Below, piece by piece: positions 28,389-37,537 of a stretch of DNA of 64,000 nucleotides. Each line of letters begins with the position of its first letter. Positions within the stretch are counted from its first letter, which is position 1. Source of the stretch: Bdellovibrionota bacterium. GTDB taxonomy: Bacteria; Bdellovibrionota; UBA2428. Location: assembly GCA_964202055.1 (NCBI GenBank), contig CAXNGS010000004.1, forward strand, positions 67,071 to 131,070, in the 5' to 3' direction. A program made the translations under genes and the position numbers. Below the pieces are notes generated by a model that was not told the DNA's origin, did not search any database, and saw nothing but the letters and a program-made list of their open reading frames with translations.

Positions 28389-29599
28389 ACGCTCGACCAA
28401 CTCAGGTTCTATCCGGCGAATGCGATAAAGAGCATCACGGGGAATCCACGGAGCTTTAGGGTTAGGATTTGGTGGCTGTTTCACCAGGGGTCGATAGTAT
28501 TCCCAGACAATTTTTCCATCTTGGGTAACCTCAAGCGCTCGGCCATCGGTGCTGCTCACGACTAAAGTATTCCCATTTAAAAGTCGCATTGCACCGCCTC
28601 GATTAAAAGCAAAAAAAGAATCTTTACCGATTGGATCATAGCTCCAAGTCACAAGCTTTGTCCGAGGATCGATTTCTAAAACCCGAGAATGGCCACGACT
28701 CATGCCATTATCAAAAACAAGCAGGTGACCGTTTTTGAGAATTGTAACTTGATGAAGAACGTCTAGCTCCCCAGGGCCGTATTCCCATCGAATTTTTTTA
28801 GATTGAGGATCAAGGATCGCGATCCGATTTATTTTGGTCATAGAAAGCAGGACATCACCCTTTTGCCCCAGATCCGGTACGGCTTCTTTCAGTAGTTGAA
28901 CCCCGTTGGTGTGCAGAACATCGAATATATAAAAATCAGCCCGTAACTTAGGTTTATTTGGTTTTGCTGTGTTTTCTTTTTCATAAGCTAAAATTCCTTT
29001 GAATTTTTCCTCTGGAAGATAATTTTTAAAAACATCAAAGATCGACCACTGCAAGCTTCGAGTGCCAGAAGCAGAAACTTGAACGACTTCGTCGTCGGTG
29101 ATGTGAATTTTTTGACCGTGAAAGTCGACGCTTCGTTCTCGGTTTTCGAGAGTGTAAATTGAGCCATCGGGTTGAATATCAAGGTCGTGATTGAATTGTC
29201 CCTCTAATTTCCAAATCAATTTGGAATTCCAATCTAATTTGAAAATCATTTGTCGATTAAGAATGACGTATAAATTTCCCTGATCATCCATATCGGCATG
29301 CATCCATCCACAGAGCCCAGGAAAAGGAGCGGGTGATTTTTTAGATTCACAGCGCAGGTGTTTTTAGACCAATTGAATGGCCCCAAGGGGCTTGACCAGG
29401 TGTGAACGATTTTTCCATCCATGTTCATCAGAAACGCAGTTTTGTCGTAATAGGAAGTGAAAAGATTGTAGCCAGGGGAAACTTTAGTTCGATCGTGCAC
29501 GGTGACTCGGCCAGTGTCGGGAAGAGAAATTAACCAGAGTCCTCTTAAAATAAAAGCGCAGGCCAGGGCAAATAATCCGATTCCCCATGTTGGCCTCAT
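28371..29599 (-). pseudogene. Arylsulfotransferase (ASST)-like beta-propeller protein, split by a frameshift at an A6 run
   Basis: Track ORFs 29246..29599 (signal peptide plus first blades) and 28371..29303 (HQVTILKNGHLLVFDNG...SRVLEID, ASST-like) overlap out of frame. One extra A at 29337..29342 joins them as ...AVNLKKSPAPFPGLCGWMHADMDDQGNLYV... Confidence 0.65.
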
Positions 29600-29664
29600 T
29601 CATTAAAAGTTACCTTGCATTCTAATGATTACAAAGAAAATCTCTAAAAAATTAAGTCGAGAGC

Positions 29665-30711
29665 CTAGATTTCGCGATGGGTGACCAGTTCAATGATTTC
29701 GCGCAATTTTCTAGTGTCGGCAGAGACTCCATTTTTCTGGTTGATCTGCGAGAGTTGGATTTCTAAAAAATCAAGGTCTTGGAACATCGATTGGCGGTGA
29801 ATATTGATTCGCGAATCGTGAACCGCTTGGGCATTTTTCCACTGTTCCTCGGTCCAGAATCGAAAAAATTGCCGCTGCTGAAAGTTTGCGATCAATCCCA
29901 TTTTTAAATCTGGATTTTGTTCGAGAAGTGCCAAGGTTGCTGAATTAGTTAGGCCCTCGCGTAAGTCCTTGGCAAATTGCTTTTCGCCTCGCGCATGAAA
30001 GTCGAGCCGGTCATCAGCCATTTGGAAGAGGATGCCCATGCGCGCGCCGATTCGCTCTAGCGCGATGATGATGGGGGCGGGCGCTTGCTTCATTCTTGCG
30101 TGAGCCGACGCGGTCCAGCCGAAGAGCGCTCCGGTTTTTCTGGCGGCGATGGACTCGATTTCCAGCCATCCTAAGTCATCTCGCCAGCGTCCGTAGTCTT
30201 GATCAATTTCTCCGGAAACGGTGTCGCGAATGCACTTGGAAAGACTTCCGATAAGCTCGGTATTGTTGAGGCTTGCTACATCCATCATCACGGTTGCCAG
30301 TAAAGTGTCTCCCGCTAAAATCGCACGGCGGTTGTGAGTGGCCTTGTTAAAGGTCGGCCGAGCTCGTCGCTCGTCGGCTTCATCGATGACATCGTCATGG
30401 CAAAGAAAGGCTGCATGAACTTGTTCGGCAGCACGCGCAATGATTCTACTTGTTTCCAGTGATTCATTAAAAAGATCGCCCATAACAAAAGCTAAAATCG
30501 CGCGAAATCTTTTTCCAGAACCAAGAGTGATTTGATTGAGTTCATGATCCAAAGTTTGGCTTGGATTCAGCAAAAAAGATTCTTCCCTAAACGCCTTTGC
30601 CGAGGAGTTTGAAAGCAGTCGCTGGCAAAGTATTTCGGTTACTGAATTTGATTTGGTAAATTTTTTAAAGGGCAGCAAATTGTTGCTTAGGTCTAGTTCG
30701 CTGATTTGCAT
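29665..30711 (-). CDS. Polyprenyl diphosphate synthase (long-chain, trans type)
   Basis: First and second Asp-rich motifs are FLCHDDVIDEADERR and FQMADDRLDF. Confidence 0.85.
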   Translation of the reverse strand: MQISELDLSNNLLPFKKFTKSNSVTEILCQRLLSNSSAKAFREESFLLNPSQTLDHELNQITLGSGKRFRAILAFVMGDLFNESLETSRIIARAAEQVHAAFLCHDDVIDEADERRARPTFNKATHNRRAILAGDTLLATVMMDVASLNNTELIGSLSKCIRDTVSGEIDQDYGRWRDDLGWLEIESIAARKTGALFGWTASAHARMKQAPAPIIIALERIGARMGILFQMADDRLDFHARGEKQFAKDLREGLTNSATLALLEQNPDLKMGLIANFQQRQFFRFWTEEQWKNAQAVHDSRINIHRQSMFQDLDFLEIQLSQINQKNGVSADTRKLREIIELVTHREI

Positions 30712-30722
30712 GGGGGTCTCCT

Positions 30723-31586
30723 TTAATTTTTCCAGATAATTTGAGTTAAGAGGTTAAGGCTAACGGCGAAAGTCCCGAATTCTAAAAGGGCTCCGGGATT
30801 CCAGCTTTTTTGTTGGATCAAACGGTAGCCATAAAGGAAGGCCGAAGTTGCTATTAGGAATAGCAACTGGGCACCCTGACTGTTGGCAAAAAATAAGCAA
30901 AAAGCAAATCCAGCCATGAGTATCCAAATGGCTTGGCTTGATTTGCGAGCCCCATGACGAAGCGCAAAGCTTTGCTTTGAGACCTTCTGATCGTCGCTGA
31001 TTTGTGGAATTTGATGAGCTAGTAAAACCGCGGCAGCAAGTGCTGCAAAAGCCAGCGAGAGACTTATAGTTCTTAAGTTTAATGATTGATTGCAGAGCAG
31101 TGCCAGTGAAACGACCACTCCTGGACCATAGCAAGCGGCGGTGACCCATTCGGAAAAGCGCGAATAGGAAATAGGTTTGTCACTCTTGTTGTAGGCCCAA
31201 GCGGCCCAAACAAAGGGCGCGGACCATAGGACGACGCCCAAATTCTGAAAATGCAAAAGACAAAGGAGTCCTAAAAAAATTCCGCTGAAAAAAAAGGCAA
31301 GGCCATGTTTTTGAAGGATGGCTGAATTTTTAAAGTGGCGAATCCATGAGTCACTTTTGTTGTCATCAGCTCCGCGCCGATCATCTTCCAGATCGTTCAG
31401 TAAATTCACTCCGTGCTGCAAAAGCACCAGTGAAAAAGTTGCCCAAACCAAGCGAAGCCCTTGTCCTGCTTGGTTTGGGGTAAATAACGCCAGAGCCGGC
31501 AAAATCGAAATCAGATAAATTCGCGGATTCAAAAACGAGAGAAAACTAGAATCCGTTTCGATTCGGGGCTGTGACATGGTTTTCAA
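30723..31586 (-). CDS. menA: UbiA-family prenyltransferase, probably 1,4-dihydroxy-2-naphthoate polyprenyltransferase
   Basis: Polytopic membrane protein with NDLEDDRRGADD (NxxxDxxxGxD). Neighbours are a polyprenyl synthase and ubiE/menG. Confidence 0.7.
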   Translation of the reverse strand: MKTMSQPRIETDSSFLSFLNPRIYLISILPALALFTPNQAGQGLRLVWATFSLVLLQHGVNLLNDLEDDRRGADDNKSDSWIRHFKNSAILQKHGLAFFFSGIFLGLLCLLHFQNLGVVLWSAPFVWAAWAYNKSDKPISYSRFSEWVTAACYGPGVVVSLALLCNQSLNLRTISLSLAFAALAAAVLLAHQIPQISDDQKVSKQSFALRHGARKSSQAIWILMAGFAFCLFFANSQGAQLLFLIATSAFLYGYRLIQQKSWNPGALLEFGTFAVSLNLLTQIIWKN

Positions 31587-31589
31587 TTC

Positions 31590-32183
31590 TTAAGCGCGAA
31601 CGTTTTCAGTCGGCTCTTGGCTTTTCAACTGAGTGAATTCAGCAATAGCGGCTTCGAACCATTGAGCATGTTGTCCTTCAGAGTCGATGACTCTTTGATA
31701 GACTTCAGCGGCTTGGTGATTGCCCTCAGCGGTTGCTTGGTCGCGCAGTCTTGGGTAAATTTCTTTGTACTCACGTTGTTCGACTTTGAGCGCCACTCGT
31801 AGTGCTTTTTCAACAACTCCGTTTGGGTTTAACCCGATGAGTCGATCGCAGTTGGCTTTGATCTCGGCCAAAGCTTCAGTGGCACGAGTTACGTCCATGT
31901 TTGATGTTGGCGTGCCAATTTCCGTGTACAAAGCGCGTAGCCAAACTGCGTGCTCTTTTTCTTCGCCCGCGACCTTCATAAAAAGTTGAGAGAGGTGGGG
32001 GTAGCCTGCTTTTTTTGCCCATCGAGCAAATTCAGGATACATCACGCGGTTCTCGTACTCTTCGACGTCGAGAAAAGATTCGGCACTAGCGCGCGTGTCT
32101 TTGAGAGTCTCGGCCGCTGCGAAGCAAGCATAGATCATATCTTCGGTGATTTCGGTGGTTTTTTTGTCAGCATTGCAGTTCAT
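31590..32183 (-). CDS. Rubrerythrin/ferritin-like di-iron protein (no rubredoxin domain seen)
   Basis: Two ExxH motifs (EEKEHAVW, SEGQHAQW). Start moved to ATG 32183, which has GGAG 5 nt upstream; track start 32204 has none. Confidence 0.7.
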   Translation of the reverse strand: MNCNADKKTTEITEDMIYACFAAAETLKDTRASAESFLDVEEYENRVMYPEFARWAKKAGYPHLSQLFMKVAGEEKEHAVWLRALYTEIGTPTSNMDVTRATEALAEIKANCDRLIGLNPNGVVEKALRVALKVEQREYKEIYPRLRDQATAEGNHQAAEVYQRVIDSEGQHAQWFEAAIAEFTQLKSQEPTENVRA

Positions 32184-32224
32184 GGGATCTCCTTTTGTAA
32201 TCATTGTTTCGTCGTATCCTGCGG

Positions 32225-32260
32225 ATACTGTACTTTCAGAAAATTCTGAAAGTACAGTAT
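32225..32260. promoter_or_regulatory. Perfect inverted repeat (17-bp arms, 2-bp spacer); candidate operator
   Basis: ATACTGTACTTTCAGAA-aa-TTCTGAAAGTACAGTAT lies in the divergent intergenic region between 32183 (minus gene) and 32313 (plus gene). Its left end overlaps a second small inverted repeat, GTATCC-tgc-GGATAC (32214..32228). Confidence 0.6.
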
Positions 32261-32276
32261 TTAAACCACAGTGGCC

Positions 32277-32306
32277 TTGACACGGTCAAACCCTTAAAAA
32301 TATAAC
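32277..32306 (+). promoter_or_regulatory. Candidate sigma-70 promoter of ubiE (TTGACA-18-TATAAC)
   Basis: TTGACA at 32277..32282 and TATAAC at 32301..32306. Only 6 nt separate the -10 from ATG 32313, and there is no Shine-Dalgarno sequence. Confidence 0.4.
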
Positions 32307-32312
32307 TACGTC

Positions 32313-32993
32313 ATGGATCAGCCCTTCGATCGAATCGCTCCTCGATATGACTTCACAAATGATTTGATGTCGGCGGGTTTTCATCGATTATGGAAACGCC
32401 GACTGCTTAAAAAGTTCGCACAAAATCATTCGCTTGATCATTCTCTAAATCAAGGGCTTCATTTGCTAGATGTGGCGACCGGAACCGGCGAGCTTGCGAA
32501 TCGCTTGGGCCGAAAATTTAGCAACTTAAAAATCACTGGCATCGATCCCTCTCTTCCGATGATGGAAGTTGGACAGCGTGCTGGCCGAAAATTAGACAAA
32601 TGGGTTGTGGGATCTTCGGAATCACTTCCCTTTCCCGCTGAGCATTTCGATGTCCTGACTTGTGCTTATGGGGTGCGAAATTTTCAAGATCGCCCACGAG
32701 CCTTTAAAGAGTGGGCGCGGGTTTTAAAGCCCGGCGGCCGTGCCTATGTTTTAGAAATTCATAAACCCACTCAAAAAAATGTTGCCCGGCTTTGGAGTTT
32801 TTTAATGCCCAAAGTGGCGGGACTTTTTAATGATCAGAGCGATTATGTTTATTTGGCGAAATCCACCGAGAATTTTCCTTCAGCTCGTCAAATGGGCGAC
32901 GAAATTGTCCTTGCAGGCTTTAGGCTTGATTCTTTGGATAGTCTTTGGATCTCTGAAATGCTAAGCCTTTCGGTCTATGAGCGCAAAGCATGA
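32313..32993 (+). CDS. ubiE: Demethylmenaquinone/ubiquinone C-methyltransferase
   Basis: YDFTNDLMSAGFHRLWKR (UbiE signature), the SAM motif LDVATGTGE, and YGVRNF. Confidence 0.87.
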   Translation: MDQPFDRIAPRYDFTNDLMSAGFHRLWKRRLLKKFAQNHSLDHSLNQGLHLLDVATGTGELANRLGRKFSNLKITGIDPSLPMMEVGQRAGRKLDKWVVGSSESLPFPAEHFDVLTCAYGVRNFQDRPRAFKEWARVLKPGGRAYVLEIHKPTQKNVARLWSFLMPKVAGLFNDQSDYVYLAKSTENFPSARQMGDEIVLAGFRLDSLDSLWISEMLSLSVYERKA

Positions 32994-33510
32994 GAAAGAA
33001 TCGCTGACCCCTGAGGAAACGACTTTTTCAGAAATCATTGGGGATCTGATCGAAGAGTGGGGATTTAACCGCAACCTAGGTCGAGTTTGGTCACTGCTTT
33101 ATATGCGGGGAACAGCTCTTTCTCCGATCAGTGTTCAAAACGCGCTTTCGATGAGTGTTGGGAATTTGAACATGTCACTCAATGAATTGCAGCGTTGGGG
33201 CGTGGTTCGACGGGTTCGGATCGCGGGCGTGCGAAGTTTTTTTTACGAAGCCGAGCCCCACATTTGGAAATCGGTCGCCAATGTTTTGCAATCGCGTGAA
33301 ATGCGCTTATTGGCCAATGCTGAAGTGGGCCTAAAACACTTGCAAGATTCGTTTAAGAAAGACAAAAAATCCAAAGATGAAATTCAGCGCATCACTCATG
33401 TATACGATGCAGTGGCGACCGCCTCTTTGTTGGCTCGTCATTTGATTGAAATGGATCCTAAAAATTTAGCGCGAGTTTCTAAATTAATCGGTCACTTGAA
33501 ATCGTTTTGA
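32977..33510 (+). CDS. GbsR/MarR-type winged-helix transcriptional regulator
   Basis: IEEWGFNRNLGRVWSLLYM... followed by a wHTH region (SVGNLNMSLNELQRWGVVRRV), typical of COG1510-like regulators. Confidence 0.62.
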   Translation: MSAKHEKESLTPEETTFSEIIGDLIEEWGFNRNLGRVWSLLYMRGTALSPISVQNALSMSVGNLNMSLNELQRWGVVRRVRIAGVRSFFYEAEPHIWKSVANVLQSREMRLLANAEVGLKHLQDSFKKDKKSKDEIQRITHVYDAVATASLLARHLIEMDPKNLARVSKLIGHLKSF

Positions 33511-33564
33511 TTTGAAAAAATCTAGTTTCGAAAGAGTTTTGCTTAGCTTGCGGAGAAGAAAAAA

Positions 33565-34091
33565 ATGAAAAAAGCTTTGGTAGTTATCGATGTTCAACGA
33601 GAATACAGCACTCCGGGCCGCCCGTTTTTTTTAAAAGGAATCGACTCATCATTAGAGAATATTCGTAAAATATTGAAAGGTGCTCGCCAGGCTGAAATCC
33701 CGGTGATTCATGTTCAACATCTACAAGAGGGGCGATATTTTCGCCTAACGAAGAGTACTCAAAATTCATCGAAGGATTTGAGCCGCTCCCCGGAGAAAGT
33801 TCGATCACTAAGGCTAATTTTTCCTGTTTTTCAAGTGATGAGTTTCGCGCCAAAATGGAAACATTGGCCGACTATGAAATTATTGTGGTGGGATATAACT
33901 CGGTCATGTGTTGTCTCTCGACGATCATTGACGGGTATCATCGGGGTTTTAAAATAACTTATGCCAAAGATGGATCGCTAGCCAAGGCTAGCTCCTCATA
34001 CGATGAGGCTGCTCTACACGCGGTGATGTGTGAAGTTCTGGGGACTTTTGCAAAAGTCCAAAGCACCGAAGATATTTTGAAGAGCTGGTGA
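33565..34091 (+). pseudogene. Isochorismatase-family (cysteine) hydrolase, split by a frameshift at a G4 run
   Basis: N-terminal part ALVVIDVQREY...IPVIHVQH is in frame 1. C-terminal part ...IIVVGYNSVMCCLSTIIDGYHRGF (catalytic Cys region) is in the -1 frame, which is open from 33696. One extra G at 33729..33732 gives ...HLQEGAIFSPNEEYSKFIEGFEPLPGE... Confidence 0.7.
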
Positions 34092-34140
34092 AGATTTTAC
34101 GAAGTTATTTTTCGATGTAACAAAAATTATGTAACAAAGA

Positions 34141-34692
34141 TTACTGTACGGCGGCTTCAACCACTTCGCAGAGCGAGTGTAGAATCCATTCATGGCATTC
34201 TTGAATTCGAGGAGTGTCGTTTGATCCATCAACATTCAAAATAAAATCGACGCCTAAATTTTCTTTGATTTTGCCACCACTGCCGCCCAAAAGTCCGATG
34301 GTTTTAGCCCCGCAATCCTGGGCCGCCTTGAGTCCAAGAATCACGTTCCTTGAATTTCCGCTGGTGCTGATGCCAATAACCACATCCGCTTTGCGGGCAA
34401 AGGCTTGGACTTGTTTTTCGAAAACATGATCGAAGCCAAAATCATTTCCAATGCAAGTGATCAGCGGAGTGTCAGCGGTCAGGGCCATGGCCGCCAATGG
34501 CTTTCGATCCAAGCGAAAGCGATTGACCCATTCGCCTGCAAAATGAAGGGCGTCGCATGCCGAGCCACCGTTTCCAAAAATTAAAACTTTGCCATCGCGT
34601 TTCACGCAAGCCACTAATTCTTCGGCGACCAGCCAAAAACTTTGGCTGTGATTCATCCAAAAATCGGATTTGGTTTTTAAAGAGTCAGCCAT
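34141..34692 (-). CDS. gmhA: Phosphoheptose isomerase (SIS domain)
   Basis: VLIFGNGGSACDALHFAGE and GISTSGNSRNV. Start set to ATG 34692. The track start 34845 would overlap the upstream gene by 82 bp. Confidence 0.8.
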   Translation of the reverse strand: MADSLKTKSDFWMNHSQSFWLVAEELVACVKRDGKVLIFGNGGSACDALHFAGEWVNRFRLDRKPLAAMALTADTPLITCIGNDFGFDHVFEKQVQAFARKADVVIGISTSGNSRNVILGLKAAQDCGAKTIGLLGGSGGKIKENLGVDFILNVDGSNDTPRIQECHEWILHSLCEVVEAAVQ

Positions 34693-34763
34693 GGCTTGAT
34701 CAACCTTTGCGCCGAATCTAGCTTTTAAATTTTCCTTGTTTATCCCGGGGCTCTTTGCGGAAC

Positions 34764-35765
34764 TCACTGTGGAATTCCTAATTCTTGGGACAGCCATTGG
34801 CTCATCGATTTTAAGCCATCGCGTAGTGCCACTTTCGGAGTCCAATTTAGCTTAGCCGTTGCCAGGCTAATGTCCGGGCATCGTTGCAGGGGATCGTCGA
34901 CGGGCAAGGCTTGATGAACAATTTTTAAATTCTTTTTTGGAAAGAGTTCTTTTTGAACAATTTCAGCCAATTCAAGAACCGTGAATTCTTTGTTGTTTCC
35001 GATGTTCACCGGTACAGTGAGTTTAGTGTTGGCGTAAGCGCGAATTCCCGAAATCAAATCATCAACATAGCAAAAACTACGCGTTTGCGATCCATCGCCA
35101 TAGACCGTGAGCGTTTCGCCGCGCAGACCTTGGACTAAAAAGTTAATGACCACCCGGCCGTCGCTTGGGTTCATTCGAGGGCCGTAGGTGTTAAAAATGC
35201 GAACCAAGCCGTGTTGGCTTTGATGTTTTAAATTGTAGGTGAACATCAGGGCTTCGCCAAAACGTTTGGATTCGTCGTAACAAGCGCGCGGTCCCACGCT
35301 GTTGACTTTGCCGCGATAGCTTTCGGGTTGCGGGTGCACTTCGGGGTCTCCGTAAATTTCGCTAGTTGATGCGAAGACCAAACGAGCAGAAGCTGAATCA
35401 GCAAATTCCAGCGCGCGATTCAATCCAATTGAATTGACCCACATCGTTTCGAGTCCAAGCTTTTGATAAATTGGTGGTGATGCCGGCGAGGCCATGTGAA
35501 AAACTAAATTGAAATCTTTTCCCAGATTTTTAGCCCAATGCCATTCTTGGCAAACATCGGCCTCGAATGCCGTGAAAAGATTGGGATAGGCTTTCTGTAA
35601 GATTTCAGTGTTTCGTTTGCTAGTCGACGAGAAGTTATCAACGCCCACCACGCAAGCGCCTTCTTTTAGAAAAGATTCGGCCATGTGTGACCCAAGAAAT
35701 CCGCCGGATCCGGTGATCAGTATTTTTTGTAAGCCCTTTTTCGAGTCAATCTGAGAGTTTGCCAT
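34764..35765 (-). CDS. UDP-glucuronate decarboxylase-like NAD-dependent epimerase/dehydratase
   Basis: ILITGSGGFLGSH, YDESKRFGE (YxxxK), and GDGSQTRSFCYVDDL, characteristic of UXS/ArnA-decarboxylase-type enzymes. Confidence 0.8.
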   Translation of the reverse strand: MANSQIDSKKGLQKILITGSGGFLGSHMAESFLKEGACVVGVDNFSSTSKRNTEILQKAYPNLFTAFEADVCQEWHWAKNLGKDFNLVFHMASPASPPIYQKLGLETMWVNSIGLNRALEFADSASARLVFASTSEIYGDPEVHPQPESYRGKVNSVGPRACYDESKRFGEALMFTYNLKHQSQHGLVRIFNTYGPRMNPSDGRVVINFLVQGLRGETLTVYGDGSQTRSFCYVDDLISGIRAYANTKLTVPVNIGNNKEFTVLELAEIVQKELFPKKNLKIVHQALPVDDPLQRCPDISLATAKLNWTPKVALRDGLKSMSQWLSQELGIPQ

Positions 35766-35808
35766 TTTCAGGCTTCAAGCCTAGAGTTTTTTTTCAAGTT
35801 CCTCAATC

Positions 35809-36810
35809 ATGAGCAGATCAAAATTAACTCAAATTATTAAGTGGGCTTTGGCCGCTTCATTGCTTTATTGGGCGATTTCGCGCGGCCAAATCGACTGGGC
35901 AATTTTGAGCCGGCTTTTCAAGAATCCGCTATTATTGGGTGCGCTGTTTTTGATGGTTTACATCCAGCTCTTCTCGACTTTTTTTCGATGGAAGCTGTTG
36001 CTTCATAGCCAGCAAATCGAAATCCCTATGCGCGACGTTATCAAATTGGGAATGTCTTCGCAGTTTTACCAGACCTTGGGACCGGGCACTTTAGGGTCGG
36101 ATTTAGCGCGGGGACTATTCATCGCTAAATACGCGCCCGACAAAAAGGTTCGCGGTTTGTCGACAGTCTTTTTAGACCGGGTAATGGGATTTTTTGGGAT
36201 GCTCTTTTTGGGAGCGGCCAGTTTTCTTTTTTCCTTGAAGCACCTTGAGGCCATTTCCCATCATTTGATGCCGGCTTTGATCAGCATGGGTTTTTTTCTT
36301 TGTGGGTCATCGCTTCTAATCACCATCGGTTTGTTGTTTTTCCCGGTATTGATCAATTATTTTGGCAAAGCCCCGGCTAATTCTTTTCGCGAAAAATTAA
36401 ATAATGTTTCTTTAATTTCGAGATTGTTCGAGGTCTTAAAGCTTTACTCCAATCGTCGCGATTTTGTTTGGTATGGAATTTTCATTTCGATCACTATGCA
36501 CGTTTTGAGTGTGGGAGCGCAGTATCTAATTGCCCGTACTTTGTTTGGCGGAATTGCTCCTCTTTCAGCGGCCGAATTTTTTCTGGGAGCCTCGCTAGGG
36601 GTTCTCACTTTGGCCATGCCTTTGGCGCCGTCTGGAATCGGGGTAGGCCAAGTTGCCTTCTCGACCATTTTTCTGGTTCTGGGTTGGCCCGATGCTGCAA
36701 TGGGCGGTTCTTTGGTGACTGCGGTTCAGGTAATTTCGATATTGGTTAATATGTCGGGATTTTTCTTCATCAGCGCGGGAAAGAAAAATGAAAAGCTCGC
36801 CAAGTCCTGA
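35809..36810 (+). CDS. UPF0104/LPG-synthase-TM-like (flippase-like) membrane protein
   Basis: About 8 TM with an early conserved FFRWKLLL segment typical of this family. Function unknown. Confidence 0.55.
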   Translation: MSRSKLTQIIKWALAASLLYWAISRGQIDWAILSRLFKNPLLLGALFLMVYIQLFSTFFRWKLLLHSQQIEIPMRDVIKLGMSSQFYQTLGPGTLGSDLARGLFIAKYAPDKKVRGLSTVFLDRVMGFFGMLFLGAASFLFSLKHLEAISHHLMPALISMGFFLCGSSLLITIGLLFFPVLINYFGKAPANSFREKLNNVSLISRLFEVLKLYSNRRDFVWYGIFISITMHVLSVGAQYLIARTLFGGIAPLSAAEFFLGASLGVLTLAMPLAPSGIGVGQVAFSTIFLVLGWPDAAMGGSLVTAVQVISILVNMSGFFFISAGKKNEKLAKS

Positions 36811-37537
36811 CGCTTCAAAAAAATTCGGAACGGCAACGTCTTGGATTCATGCTTTGCTTTTGACCAGCCAACCACTAGGAGAAAAAGATCGGATTGTTCG
36901 ATTCTTGTGCTTAGAACACGGCAAAGTATCGGCCGTGGCTCATTCGGCCGCAGTTTCAAAGAAGCGCTTTCCTCCGGCCTTGCTCGAAGGTTTTAATTTA
37001 TTGAAAGTTACTTTAAGCAGTCCCCGGGGTGCAGCGGAAAATTCGGGAGGGATGCTTTGGACGCTAAACGGTGCCGAGTTGAAGCAAAGCTATGATCATT
37101 TTCGTGTGGGCTATCGCGAAATCGAAATGGGCCTTTTCCCACTGAAAATGATTGTCGACTTGGTTCCGGATGGACCGACAGACGAGGCGCTCTTTCGATC
37201 TTTGGGGCGCTATATGCGAGACTCCAATGTTCTTAATATCGGGAGCATTTCTTGGTGGCTGCCGTTGGCCTTTTGGACCTGGTTTGCTCATTTTCAAGGC
37301 TTCGGTGATTTAACCGCTGATTTGGAATCACTTAAACGCAGCAGTGAAAATGATTTTTGGACTTTGTGGCACGCATCACTTGCCAGAAATGAAGCCGATT
37401 TCTCTAGCCTCTTTAAGTTTATGCAAAAAAATCCGCCGCCCAGTTTAAGTGGCGGCGATATGCGCCAAATCTACGCGCGATGGCTTGAGTTAAGTGGAAT
37501 GCAGTGGAAACACTTTGAGGTTATGATTGCAACATGA
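36788..37537 (+). CDS. recO: DNA repair protein RecO
   Basis: N-terminal OB-fold pattern ALLLTSQPLGEKDRIVRFLCLEHGKVSAVAHSA..SKKRF and ~250 aa length. Confidence 0.62.
   Translation: MKSSPSPDASKKFGTATSWIHALLLTSQPLGEKDRIVRFLCLEHGKVSAVAHSAAVSKKRFPPALLEGFNLLKVTLSSPRGAAENSGGMLWTLNGAELKQSYDHFRVGYREIEMGLFPLKMIVDLVPDGPTDEALFRSLGRYMRDSNVLNIGSISWWLPLAFWTWFAHFQGFGDLTADLESLKRSSENDFWTLWHASLARNEADFSSLFKFMQKNPPPSLSGGDMRQIYARWLELSGMQWKHFEVMIAT

Noticed and set aside
34693-34845. The track start extends gmhA at the N-terminus, overlapping the upstream decarboxylase gene by 82 bp.
   Set aside because: GmhA homologues have ~45 residues before the GNGGS motif, which matches ATG 34692. The extension is low-complexity. 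A slightly longer non-ATG start cannot be excluded.
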